The translations under genes and the position numbers were made by a program. Of a DNA stretch of 64,000 nt, positions 36,716 to 46,153 are shown piece by piece; within the stretch, counting starts at the first letter, position 1; each line of letters opens with the position of its first letter. Origin of the DNA: an uncultured virus (IMG/VR IMGVR_UViG_3300045412_000368) (lineage: Duplodnaviria; Heunggongvirae; Uroviricota; Caudoviricetes); IMG/VR virus record IMGVR_UViG_3300045412_000368; one strand, written 5' to 3'. The notes below the pieces were generated by a model. It saw nothing but the letters and a program-made list of their open reading frames with translations. It was not told the origin of the DNA and did not search any database.

Positions 36716-37093
36716 ATGATTATCAAACAAGATATAAGACCTCGTGTTAGTACATTTATTAGGGTAAGGACAGAGTTTGAAGGATATCACCATTACCCAT
36801 GTGCTGGTGATATTGATCCTCGTATTGCATTCCTTGAAAATAAACATAGACACGTATTTAAGGTAGAGATAAAGATAAGCGTCAATCATTCAGATAGAGA
36901 ACTTGAATTCTTTTTAGTAAAATGGGCCCTACAAGATTTCATTAAATCTGGTGACCAAGATAATAAAAGCTGTGAAATGATTGCTAGAGATATTTTAGAA
37001 AAACATCTTAGACCCAAGTATGGTGAAAGATACTATGAGGTAGTAGTATCTGAAGATGGTGAATCTGATGGAGTAGTTAATTACTATCCTTAA
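36716..37093 (+). CDS. QueD/6-pyruvoyl-tetrahydropterin synthase-like T-fold protein (divergent)
   Basis: FEGYH...HRH metal ligands, SCEMIA, V-x-VSED; cluster context. Confidence 0.6.
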   Translation: MIIKQDIRPRVSTFIRVRTEFEGYHHYPCAGDIDPRIAFLENKHRHVFKVEIKISVNHSDRELEFFLVKWALQDFIKSGDQDNKSCEMIARDILEKHLRPKYGERYYEVVVSEDGESDGVVNYYP

Positions 37094-37120
37094 TTTTATT
37101 TTATTTATATAGGTAAAGAT

Positions 37121-37363
37121 ATGACTGCAGAATGGCTTAAAAAATATTTAGTTATGAAACCCGAAGTAAGTAAGATTTTCGATGATCTTGACTCTTACTT
37201 GGAATGGTGCAAATGGGAAATGCAACCTTTTAATCAAGAGGATTTGTATCGTAAAAATAGTCCTGTATATAGCACATACTTAGCTAGTAAAAAACCTAAA
37301 CGTCAAAATAACGTTAAAACTCGACCAGAAAGAAAACGTAATGAGCAAAATATTTCTAATTGA
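37121..37363 (+). CDS. Hypothetical protein
   Basis: 80-aa ORF. Confidence 0.65.
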   Translation: MTAEWLKKYLVMKPEVSKIFDDLDSYLEWCKWEMQPFNQEDLYRKNSPVYSTYLASKKPKRQNNVKTRPERKRNEQNISN

Positions 37364-38444
37364 TTTGGAAAGTGTTTCTACTAGATATACTATAGAGTGG
37401 AAATGGAGTCTACCTAAACAACTAAGGAGCCAAGGATATGATGTTGAAGTTATTGATGGTCCGGAGGATATTCCTCGATCTACTACTCCTGGCGCCTTTC
37501 TTAATTTTGGCGGCACTAATATCTACAAGTCTCACCAAGTTGCTACAATTAGCAGATTGTTTTGCGAGGGACGCATCACATCTAGCGACCATTTTATTTT
37601 TACTGATGCTTGGCACCCGGGCATTATTAACTTAAAATATATGAGTGAACTGCTAGATATACCTGTAAAAACACATGGACTTTGGCATTCCGGATCTTAT
37701 GACCCTCAAGATTTTTTAGGGCGTCTTATAGGCAATGCTCCTTGGGTTAGACACGCTGAAAAATCATTCTTTCATGCTTTTGATTTTAATTATTTTGCAA
37801 CAAACTTTCATATTGAAATGTTCTTAAAAAATCTTCTCAACGATAATTTGGAAATAGAAAACCCTTGGTTTGAAGAAGATTTAGCAGATGCTATAGAAGG
37901 AAAACTACCAAACATCGTTCGCACAGGCTGGCCTATGGAATATATGGACGCAGTATTAACTCCATATAAAGGGATTCACAAACGTGACTTAATCCTTTTT
38001 CCACATCGTATAGCGCAAGAGAAACAAGTTGAGATATTTAAAGATCTTGCTACTCATTTACCACAATATGAATTTGTTGTATGTCAAGAACAAAATCTTA
38101 CCAAACACCAATATCATACATTATTAGGTGAAGCTAAAATGATATTTAGTGCTAGTTTACAGGAAACATTAGGTATAAGTTGTTATGAAGGTGTTATACT
38201 GAATGCCATCCCCTTTGTTCCAGATCGCTTGAGTTATACAGAAATGTATTTTGACGATTTTAAATATCCGTCTGAGTGTACAGAAGACTGGGAACGTTAT
38301 AGAACACATCGTCAAAAATTATGTTATGCAATTATTCAACATATGGATAAGTACTCTGCGAGATTAAAATTATTAGAACAACAAAAGGAACAATTAAGTG
38401 AACGATATTTCTCAGCCAAACCATTATTCAACAACCTTAGCTAG
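37341..38444 (+). CDS. GT-B (GT4-like) glycosyltransferase
   Basis: FPHR-x3-EK and ETLGISCYE (EX7E). Confidence 0.75.
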   Translation: MSKIFLIDLESVSTRYTIEWKWSLPKQLRSQGYDVEVIDGPEDIPRSTTPGAFLNFGGTNIYKSHQVATISRLFCEGRITSSDHFIFTDAWHPGIINLKYMSELLDIPVKTHGLWHSGSYDPQDFLGRLIGNAPWVRHAEKSFFHAFDFNYFATNFHIEMFLKNLLNDNLEIENPWFEEDLADAIEGKLPNIVRTGWPMEYMDAVLTPYKGIHKRDLILFPHRIAQEKQVEIFKDLATHLPQYEFVVCQEQNLTKHQYHTLLGEAKMIFSASLQETLGISCYEGVILNAIPFVPDRLSYTEMYFDDFKYPSECTEDWERYRTHRQKLCYAIIQHMDKYSARLKLLEQQKEQLSERYFSAKPLFNNLS

Positions 38445-38844
38445 TCCCTCGGTCAATACTACAACATTAACTATAAGTTCTAGTTACGACTATTCATTGA
38501 ATAATATGAATAACCAACCGCCCACATTGACCACTGACCAAATTCAATTAATTGATTTAAACAAAATTTATGAGCTTGACAATTTTCAAATCCAACCATT
38601 ACTATCTACTACTGGTCAGTTATCGCATATAACTCCTCTTCAAACAAACTTTCAAACAAACTTTAATCTAGACCCAAGCGGTTATACATTTAATAATAAG
38701 GAGTTTGTTAATACGTGGCCTTCTTGGAATAAAATCAAGGATATGACCATCAAGTACCCTGCTCTTAAGAAGGCATTAGAAAACTTGTCAACTATATACA
38801 CTATGGTGAAGGATGATTATGATAATCCAACTCCTAAAAAATAA
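38398..38844 (+). CDS. Hypothetical protein
   Basis: Thr/Ser-rich N-terminus; KYPALKKALE C-terminus. Confidence 0.6.
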   Translation: MNDISQPNHYSTTLASPSVNTTTLTISSSYDYSLNNMNNQPPTLTTDQIQLIDLNKIYELDNFQIQPLLSTTGQLSHITPLQTNFQTNFNLDPSGYTFNNKEFVNTWPSWNKIKDMTIKYPALKKALENLSTIYTMVKDDYDNPTPKK

Positions 38845-39307
38845 GTTCTTAAACTTACTTGATGCTGTAGGACGTAAGCGTATTATACTAGATAGAGTGA
38901 GTAAGGATCCATATTTAGAACGCTACTATATATTTCTTAAAGATCGTAAGTGGTTTCCATTTAATTTATTCATACACAAGTTTCTTAAGAGTGATCCAGA
39001 TGATTTACACGATCATCCTTGGCCCTACGCTACTCTAATTCTTAAAGGTGGATATTGGGAGTGGATACCTTTGTTTGATGAAGAAGGAAAAAAAATTAAT
39101 GAAGTAAGATATTGGCGTGGTGCAGGACACTTTCGTATCAGTAAAGCCTCCAGTTATCATCGTATTGAATTAGATCCCTATGTAGTTTGTTGGACCCTAT
39201 TTATGCCAGGCCCACAGCATAAAGAATGGGGATTTTTAGTACATAACAAATGGATATCTAATGAACAATATCTACAACAACGCAAACTACAAAATACATT
39301 ATCATAA
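38813..39307 (+). CDS. Cupin-fold protein
   Basis: LHDHPW...ILKGGYWE...HRIE...WTLF. Confidence 0.7.
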   Translation: MIMIIQLLKNKFLNLLDAVGRKRIILDRVSKDPYLERYYIFLKDRKWFPFNLFIHKFLKSDPDDLHDHPWPYATLILKGGYWEWIPLFDEEGKKINEVRYWRGAGHFRISKASSYHRIELDPYVVCWTLFMPGPQHKEWGFLVHNKWISNEQYLQQRKLQNTLS

Positions 39308-39383
39308 TTACTAATTTACTAAAGTAATATAAAAAATAAGTAGTATCTAGCGATAACAATGTTATCCTTAAAAAGGTTAAAAA

Positions 39384-39575
39384 ATGAGTGACAGAGAACA
39401 AAAAATAAAACGAATGAAAGAATTAATCGAACCTATTGACAAAACTGTTTTAATGTGCGATAATACTAATTATTTGGCTTATGTTGGCTAGTTGTATGAT
39501 GGTAATGCTAAGGAAATTTATGACAACTACTTAGATATAGCTAATCGTAAAAAAATGTTTAGAGAATACTTGTGA
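39384..39575 (+). pseudogene. Interrupted 64-codon ORF
   Basis: ATG 39384 to TGA 39575 overlapping the HIT GTG; single in-frame TAG at 39489-39491. Confidence 0.5.
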
Positions 39576-39973
39576 CTGATTTAGAAAAGGCACTCCATGA
39601 AAAAACAGCACCGTGGACAGAAATCGAATATAGAACCCTCCAATTTTGGGTATTTAGAGATGCGTACCCCGTTACCCAAGGGCATTTGCTATTTGTGCCT
39701 ACCAGCAGAACATCGGACGCTCTATTTGAATGCTACAAAGGAGCATACAAATTCGGATATGATGGTGTCCAAAATGGCAACTGGGAAGGATTTAACATTG
39801 GTCAAAACATTGGGGAGGTTGCTGGTCAAACAGTAACGTATCCTCACGTACATATGATACCACGTCGTAAAGGAGATATGCTAGATCCTAGAGGTGGTGT
39901 AAGACATGTTATCCCAGAAAAGGGTAACTATAAAAAAGTCAAAGAGCAGTCTATAATAAAAAGTGTAAACTGA
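39572..39973 (+). CDS. HIT family nucleotide hydrolase
   Basis: DAYPVTQGHLLFVP, AGQTV-x-YPHVHMIPR (first triad His replaced by Tyr). Confidence 0.88.
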   Translation: MTDLEKALHEKTAPWTEIEYRTLQFWVFRDAYPVTQGHLLFVPTSRTSDALFECYKGAYKFGYDGVQNGNWEGFNIGQNIGEVAGQTVTYPHVHMIPRRKGDMLDPRGGVRHVIPEKGNYKKVKEQSIIKSVN

Positions 39974-39975
39974 TC

Positions 39976-40746
39976 ATGGAAACTATATTAATGAATAAAA
40001 AACTGATAAATGATACGCCATATTATACTAGTCATGAAGGTGCATCGTTATATAAGAATAAAACTTTAAGTCAGGTACTAAGAAAAAAAATGCAGGATGA
40101 TGGCAAAAGATTTTTTGCTGGAGATAATATTAATGAATATATTGTTGAATCTGATAAGGAACTTCTTATAGAAGAAGCAACCAAAGCATTTGAAAATGTA
40201 TTAGATGTTTTACTAATTGATCGTCAAAATGATCCAAATAGTAAAGGCACAGCACGCCGTCTTGCCAAAATGTATTTTAACGAAATAATGGCAGGTAGAT
40301 ATGATTCAAGACCAGATGTTACAAGTTTTCCTAATGAAGGTGATGATTCCTACAAGGGTATGCTGGTAGTGCGTAGTGAATTACGTAGTATGTGTAGTCA
40401 TCATCATCAACCTGTAAATGGAGTAGCATATATTGGAATTATTCCTAATGGTCGTGTTATAGGCCTAAGTAAGTATACTCGTATAGCACAATGGTGTGCC
40501 CGTAGAGGAACACTACAGGAAGAACTATGCAATCTTATTGCCCGTGAAATTGAAAAGGCTACAGGTAGTCCAAATGTGGGTGTTTATATACAGGCCACAC
40601 ATGGATGCTGTGAAAATAGAGGTGTTATGGCACATAGTAGTCTTACACAAACCACAGTACTAAAAGGTGCTTTTAACACAGACATGGGAACTAAAAAAGA
40701 ATTTTTCGATAATATTAAACTTCAACAGGACTTTGCCCCAAGATGA
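39976..40746 (+). CDS. folE: GTP cyclohydrolase I
   Basis: SMCSHH, GLSK, LQE, HGCCENRG. Confidence 0.93.
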   Translation: METILMNKKLINDTPYYTSHEGASLYKNKTLSQVLRKKMQDDGKRFFAGDNINEYIVESDKELLIEEATKAFENVLDVLLIDRQNDPNSKGTARRLAKMYFNEIMAGRYDSRPDVTSFPNEGDDSYKGMLVVRSELRSMCSHHHQPVNGVAYIGIIPNGRVIGLSKYTRIAQWCARRGTLQEELCNLIAREIEKATGSPNVGVYIQATHGCCENRGVMAHSSLTQTTVLKGAFNTDMGTKKEFFDNIKLQQDFAPR

Positions 40747-40970
40747 GACAAGAACTTTTATTAGCGTTACAACAATATTTTAATAGTCATATTAATAAAC
40801 ATCGTATGAATGTCGAAGTAATGTTAAACAATCCTATGGCTATACATGAACATACAGATATTATGGCGGCACTAGAAAAGGAAATTCATACTATGTCAGA
40901 ATTTAAGGATAAATTAGAAGTACTTGAAGCATACTTTAAAGAAAAGGAGTTTTACCATGACACAAAATGA
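40743..40970 (+). CDS. Hypothetical protein
   Basis: ATGA-coupled 75-aa ORF. Confidence 0.65.
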   Translation: MRQELLLALQQYFNSHINKHRMNVEVMLNNPMAIHEHTDIMAALEKEIHTMSEFKDKLEVLEAYFKEKEFYHDTK

Positions 40971-41109
40971 AAAACCTAAAGGTACTTGTGGCTGCGGACG
41001 TAGTCCGACTGGAAATTGTATTGGTTGGCACAATCTTACTGAAGCACAATACCAAGCTAAACTTGCTGAACATAATGCTAAACAGAATAGTCAACAGCCA
41101 CAAAAATGA
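40957..41109 (+). CDS. Small CDGSH-like Fe-S/Zn-binding protein
   Basis: SD AAGGAG; CGCGRSPTGNCIGWH. Confidence 0.6.
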   Translation: MTQNEKPKGTCGCGRSPTGNCIGWHNLTEAQYQAKLAEHNAKQNSQQPQK

Positions 41110-41177
41110 GATGGCTTAAACACAAAAGATTTTGGTGAACGTGTTAGTAAAATTGCCACCTTAGAAGTTATGAAATC

Positions 41178-42023
41178 ATGAGCAAACTTAAAATAAGTGA
41201 ATTATTTTATAGTATACAAGGTGAAGGTAGGTTTATGGGTGTGCCCAGTGTGTTTTTACGCACATTTGGCTGCAACTTTACCTGTGATGGATTTGGTATG
41301 CCACGTGGGGAACGTAGCACAGAACGTGACCAAGCAGCAGATCGTATCATTGAGTTTAAAACTTATAAGGACTTGCCCCTTGTACATACTGGCTGTGACA
41401 GTTATGCCAGTTGGGATCCAAGGTTTAAAGACTTTAGTCCTATATTAGACACTGCAAGCATAGCACAAAACATTATGGACTTACTGCCCTTTAAACGATG
41501 GACCAGAGAACATCTTGTTATTACTGGTGGTGAACCTTTGTTAGGTTGGCAACGTAGTTATCCTGACCTATTAGAACATGCGTTAATGCAGCCTTTGAAA
41601 CAACTAACTTTTGAAACAAATGGTACTCAAAAACTTACATCTGATTTTAAAAAGTATTTAGGCGAATGGGCTAACAGTGATGACAGAGAAATTACATTCA
41701 GTGTCAGTGCTAAACTACCCAGCAGCGGTGAGAAGTGGGAAGAGGCTATATTACCTGAAGTGGTATATGAGTACGCACAGGTTGGCCATGTGTACTTAAA
41801 GTTTGTTGTAGCCACTGAGGAAGACGCCAAGGATGCCCTAACAGCAAGCCTACAATATAGAAAAGCTGGCTTTAACGGTGATATCTATTTGATGCCTGTA
41901 GGTGGTGTAGAAAGTGTATATACTATGAACAATCGTAAAGTAGCTGAACTTGCTATGCAGTGTGGTGTACGCTATAGTGATCGGCTACAAGTGCCTTTGT
42001 TTAAAAATGAATGGGGAACCTGA
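41178..42023 (+). CDS. queE: 7-carboxy-7-deazaguanine synthase (radical SAM)
   Basis: ELFYSIQGEG-x3-G-x-PSVFLR-x2-GC, CDS, ITGGEP, ETNG. Confidence 0.88.
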   Translation: MSKLKISELFYSIQGEGRFMGVPSVFLRTFGCNFTCDGFGMPRGERSTERDQAADRIIEFKTYKDLPLVHTGCDSYASWDPRFKDFSPILDTASIAQNIMDLLPFKRWTREHLVITGGEPLLGWQRSYPDLLEHALMQPLKQLTFETNGTQKLTSDFKKYLGEWANSDDREITFSVSAKLPSSGEKWEEAILPEVVYEYAQVGHVYLKFVVATEEDAKDALTASLQYRKAGFNGDIYLMPVGGVESVYTMNNRKVAELAMQCGVRYSDRLQVPLFKNEWGT

Positions 42024-42709
42024 TGAAAAAAACATTGTTGGATATATATTTAAATGATCTTACTCTACACAGTGACAAGTATTTGTCATATTTTTCAGTT
42101 TATGAACATTTTTTTGAAAAGTATAGAAATAAAGAATTAACTTTTGTAGAAGTTGGTGTACAAGGTGGTGGTAGTTTGGAAATGTGGTATAAGTATTTTG
42201 GTGATAAATCACGTATTATAGGCATTGATGTAGACGATCATGTTATAAATCATAAAAGTGAAGGCACTAATATTATTATTGGTAATCAAGGTGATGAAGG
42301 ATTTTGGAAAGCTATACTTCCAACTATTGGTAATATTGATATATTCTTAGATGATGGCAGTCATCAGGTTGGTCATCAAATTTTAACTTTTATCAAAGTA
42401 TGGCCATATATTAAAAATGGTGGTATTTATATGTGTGAGGATACACATACCAGTTATTTTTTAGATTGGGGTAATGGATTATTAGCAGGTAACACATATT
42501 TAGAATTCGTCAAAAAACTTACTGATGTTATTAATAAAGATCATTGGCAGGGTTTTATCACAGTAGAAAGTGACTTTTTAAGAAAAAACTTTGCAGATAT
42601 TGCAAGTATAACTTTTAATAACAGTATTGTTACTATTATTAAAGGACAACCTAAATGGATTAGACCTAATCCTTATCCTGGACATCAAGTTGTAGAGCTA
42701 CCTGAATAA
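42023..42709 (+). CDS. Class I SAM-dependent methyltransferase (sugar O-methyltransferase-like)
   Basis: VEVGVQGGGS, IDIFLDDGSH, GGIYMCED. Confidence 0.8.
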   Translation: MKKTLLDIYLNDLTLHSDKYLSYFSVYEHFFEKYRNKELTFVEVGVQGGGSLEMWYKYFGDKSRIIGIDVDDHVINHKSEGTNIIIGNQGDEGFWKAILPTIGNIDIFLDDGSHQVGHQILTFIKVWPYIKNGGIYMCEDTHTSYFLDWGNGLLAGNTYLEFVKKLTDVINKDHWQGFITVESDFLRKNFADIASITFNNSIVTIIKGQPKWIRPNPYPGHQVVELPE

Positions 42710-43255
42710 ATGAATATACTTGTTTTAGGATGTGGTAAAAAGGAAAGACCTGGGAATCCTAGTGATAATATTGTTACTATAGATATAAATGAAAATGTAG
42801 GAGCTGATTATATACATAATTTAGATGTTTATCCTTGGCCAGTTGAAGAAAATTATTTTGATATTATATGGTTAGATAATGTTTTAGAACATTTAGACAA
42901 TATTATTAAAGCTATGCAGGAGATACATAGGGTAGCTAAGCCAAATGCTCATGTTACTATTATTGTTCCATACTTTAGAAGTATATGGGCTAGTTTAGAT
43001 CCTACTCATAGACACTTTTTCACTGTTGATACTTTAAGCTATTTTATTGATGGACATGTATATAATGAAAAATATGCTTATAGTAATGTAAAGTTTAAAC
43101 TATTGAATAGAGAATTTAACAAGTACATAGATAAAAGTTGGTTTAGACGTTTGGTATTACCTTGGGCTAATAAGAATGCAAATTTTTATGAAACTAACTT
43201 TAGTCATTTATACCCTATGGAAGACATAACTTACGAATTAGAAGTATTAAAATGA
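42710..43255 (+). CDS. Class I SAM-dependent methyltransferase (type 11-like)
   Basis: VLGCG, VLEH, RVAKP, DPTH. Confidence 0.8.
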   Translation: MNILVLGCGKKERPGNPSDNIVTIDINENVGADYIHNLDVYPWPVEENYFDIIWLDNVLEHLDNIIKAMQEIHRVAKPNAHVTIIVPYFRSIWASLDPTHRHFFTVDTLSYFIDGHVYNEKYAYSNVKFKLLNREFNKYIDKSWFRRLVLPWANKNANFYETNFSHLYPMEDITYELEVLK

Positions 43256-43701
43256 AAAAAATATTAAGAAAATTATTTGGCATTGATGAAATGGAACGTA
43301 CCATTGCTGAAACGAAAGAAAGAATAGCTGAAGCTGAAAAAGTTAAAGCAGAGGCAGAAGCTGCTGCTCAAAAAGCCTTGAAAGAAGCAGATGAATCCAA
43401 ACTTACAGCTAAAGAACGTGCAACACTTCGTAATGAACCTTGGATTAGTGTATTAGACACTCATGTAAATAAGGATAATATTAGGAATGGCTTTTTTGAA
43501 CTTGACTGGAACATGCATTTTATAGTACAATTACGTGATGCTGGGTATGGTACTGAAAATGATAAGGAAGAAGAAATAGTTGATCGCTGGTTTAGAGATA
43601 TTGTACGTAATATTTTAGCTGAAGAAGGACAGGATATTACCAGAGGCGCAGGGTTTATTAACGTAATCAAGCTTAAAGAAAATAAATCAGAGGTAAAATG
43701 A
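43252..43701 (+). CDS. Hypothetical protein
   Basis: Coiled coil plus NGFFELDWN. Confidence 0.7.
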   Translation: MKKILRKLFGIDEMERTIAETKERIAEAEKVKAEAEAAAQKALKEADESKLTAKERATLRNEPWISVLDTHVNKDNIRNGFFELDWNMHFIVQLRDAGYGTENDKEEEIVDRWFRDIVRNILAEEGQDITRGAGFINVIKLKENKSEVK

Positions 43702-44675
43702 CCTACATTTTAATTGATACTGCTAATACTTTCTTCCGTAGTCGCCATGTAATTAATGGCAGTGCTGATATAAAATTAGGTATGGCATTTCATATAACTT
43801 TAAATAGTATTAAAAAAGCTTGGCAAGACTTTAATGGAACTCATCTTGTGTTTTGTTTAGAGGGCCGTAGTTGGCGTAAAGACTATTATGAACCTTACAA
43901 ACGTAATCGTGCTGAGGCACGTGCTGCCGCTACAGAACGTGAACAAGAAGAAGATCGCATCTTTTGGGAAGCTTTTGACACTTTTAAGGAATTTTTAATT
44001 GAAAAAACCAATTGTACAGTTCTTCAACATCCCAATCTTGAGGCTGACGATCTTCTTGCTGGTTTTATTCAAACTCATAATAATAGTGATCATGTCATCA
44101 TAAGCACTGACAGTGATTTTTATCAACTTATTGCTCATAATGTACGTCAATATAATGGTGTAAGTGAACAAACTATAACTATTGATGGTATTTTTGATAA
44201 AAAGGGTAAACGTGTAGTAGATAAAAAGACAAATACAGAAAAAATAACTCCAAATCCAGAGTGGATATTATTTGAAAAGTGTATGCGTGGTGATCCTACT
44301 GACAACGTGTTTAGTGCTTATCCTAAAGTACGTAAGAATAAACTAGAAGAAGCATTTAAAGATCGTAAAAAACAGGGCTATGCTTGGAATAATCTTATGC
44401 TACAACGATGGATAGATCATAATGGAGTAGAGCAACGTGTGCTGGATTGCTACAATCGCAATCGTAGATTGATTGACTTGAATTATCAACCTGAGGATGT
44501 TAAAAATATTATTGTTGATACTATTCGTAAAAGTAGCCAGCCAAAAAATATTACCCAAGTTGGTATTAGACTGTTAAAATTTTGTGATTTATATGATTTG
44601 AAAAAAATTAGCGATAACATTCAACTGTATAGCGAACCTTTTCAAGCCAAGTATCCAGAACCTATGGAGGCATGA
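43698..44675 (+). CDS. rnh: T4 RNase H-like 5'-3' exonuclease
   Basis: ILID, YK-x-NR, EADD, STDSDF-x-QL, GDPTDN. Confidence 0.9.
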   Translation: MTYILIDTANTFFRSRHVINGSADIKLGMAFHITLNSIKKAWQDFNGTHLVFCLEGRSWRKDYYEPYKRNRAEARAAATEREQEEDRIFWEAFDTFKEFLIEKTNCTVLQHPNLEADDLLAGFIQTHNNSDHVIISTDSDFYQLIAHNVRQYNGVSEQTITIDGIFDKKGKRVVDKKTNTEKITPNPEWILFEKCMRGDPTDNVFSAYPKVRKNKLEEAFKDRKKQGYAWNNLMLQRWIDHNGVEQRVLDCYNRNRRLIDLNYQPEDVKNIIVDTIRKSSQPKNITQVGIRLLKFCDLYDLKKISDNIQLYSEPFQAKYPEPMEA

Positions 44676-45148
44676 TGACGGATATTTATGCAAAACCCGT
44701 AGTAGACGGTGTATTATGGATTGTAGAACAAGATGGTATTAGAGTAGGAACCTTACATAGGAAAGACAAGAATCATTATATGTTCAGTACTAAACATGGT
44801 GAACTTTTCTTTAATAAAAAAAGTGATTTAGTAAAACAATTCGGTAAAGAATTTTTTCTAAAAGATATTGAAACAACTGTAAGTAAAATAGATATTTATG
44901 ATTGTCATGGCTATCCTACTAAGTGGAAACCACATAAAAGCTTGTATAATATAAGAAAGCGTCTACCTCTGTTTACTAAAAGCAATCAAAGTAAAAGTTT
45001 ATTTTGCGCAGGATATTATGTAATTAAATTTCCTAAAAATTGGATTAGAAGCTTTTGCCCTAAGCTTATTACAGTAGAACGATATCCTTATACTGGGCCT
45101 TTTAAAACGGAAGAGGAAGCAAAGGAAGCATTAATTAATGCAAAATGA
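44672..45148 (+). CDS. Hypothetical protein
   Basis: Coupled ORF. Confidence 0.7.
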   Translation: MMTDIYAKPVVDGVLWIVEQDGIRVGTLHRKDKNHYMFSTKHGELFFNKKSDLVKQFGKEFFLKDIETTVSKIDIYDCHGYPTKWKPHKSLYNIRKRLPLFTKSNQSKSLFCAGYYVIKFPKNWIRSFCPKLITVERYPYTGPFKTEEEAKEALINAK

Positions 45149-45377
45149 AATTAATACGTATCCAATACAACAATTTATTGAACTTGTTAAACATGCTGAG
45201 ATAAGTCAGAAAAAAGTAATCATGCTTGAAATAAAAGTAGCAAGAAATTTGGCATTAACTTTGGGTGAAGTTACTGCAAAATTATATCAAGATTATGATA
45301 ATTTAATAAAAACTATGCAAAATTCTAACTATAATGATATAGTTGAAATACGTATGGATGGTGGAGGATTTAAATAA
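45138..45377 (+). CDS. Hypothetical protein
   Basis: Coupled ORF ending MDGGGF. Confidence 0.65.
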   Translation: MQNEINTYPIQQFIELVKHAEISQKKVIMLEIKVARNLALTLGEVTAKLYQDYDNLIKTMQNSNYNDIVEIRMDGGGFK

Positions 45378-45415
45378 TCTATAATAAATAAATATGTATA
45401 TTCTTGGATACATAT

Positions 45416-45697
45416 ATGTCAAGACCTAAGCCAAAAGTATTATTAGAACAAACTAATAAGAAAAATTTTAAAACTAATCAAATTCTTGAAGCTGAGGCTA
45501 TTTGGGCAGTATTTTATAAGGATAAACCATTTAATTTAAAAAGTTTCAGCAGTATAGTAAGTTATCCTGGACCAAAATACAAAAAAGTAGCATTTAGTAA
45601 TCCTGGACACGCTATTAATCTTGCCAAAAAATTAAACTTTGATTTTAATTGTAAAGATTTCACCGTTATGGTTTTAAATAGTGGTCGTACTCTATAA
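45416..45697 (+). CDS. Hypothetical protein
   Basis: ATG start MSRPKP; TAAATA upstream. Confidence 0.7.
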   Translation: MSRPKPKVLLEQTNKKNFKTNQILEAEAIWAVFYKDKPFNLKSFSSIVSYPGPKYKKVAFSNPGHAINLAKKLNFDFNCKDFTVMVLNSGRTL

Positions 45698-45699
45698 AA

Positions 45700-46098
45700 A
45701 TGAATAGTTTTACCTATACCAAAATCTTTCTTAAAACGCAAGAAAAAAGTCTTGACGAGGCTAATATCAAATTATACCATAGACAATGGTTCAAAAACAC
45801 CCGTAACAAAACAGTAGGTGGATTAAGACTAACTGACAATGGCTACGCATTTTTGATTTCAGAAATGAAATTGGCAGAATACGAAATTCCATTTACAGAA
45901 GAAATTGAACTCAATCCGCAGTTGATTATATTTTTTGATCAATTTTTGGACTGTCCCTATTACTTAACAAGACATAGTCTCACCGTTTTCAGTGAGAAGA
46001 AGGCATTTGAGCTACACTTCTTTGCAGACGATTTACGCAAATTTGGCCTAACTAAGGCACTCAAAAAACAACGGAAAGAAGCTAATTTGCTTGACTAG
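45700..46098 (+). CDS. Hypothetical protein (possible winged helix)
   Basis: GLRLTDNG motif. Confidence 0.65.
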   Translation: MNSFTYTKIFLKTQEKSLDEANIKLYHRQWFKNTRNKTVGGLRLTDNGYAFLISEMKLAEYEIPFTEEIELNPQLIIFFDQFLDCPYYLTRHSLTVFSEKKAFELHFFADDLRKFGLTKALKKQRKEANLLD

Positions 46099-46119
46099 AC
46101 TAGTTACCTGTCATATACT
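46091..46119 (+). promoter_or_regulatory. sigma70-like promoter TTGACT-N17-TATACT
   Basis: Correct spacing, followed by SD AAGGAG and ATG at 46154. Confidence 0.7.
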
Positions 46120-46153
46120 ACAGGTATTACTTGAACTTGAACAAGGAGTCAAA

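Noticed and set aside
39489..39491. TAG recoding (alternative genetic code)
   Set aside because: Long genes are intact under the standard code and TAG ends genes at coupled junctions (e.g. 36071, 48491); a local lesion is simpler
46091..46153. TTG start extension of the AAA ATPase
   Set aside because: Coincides with the promoter; SD and ATG at 46154 fit better
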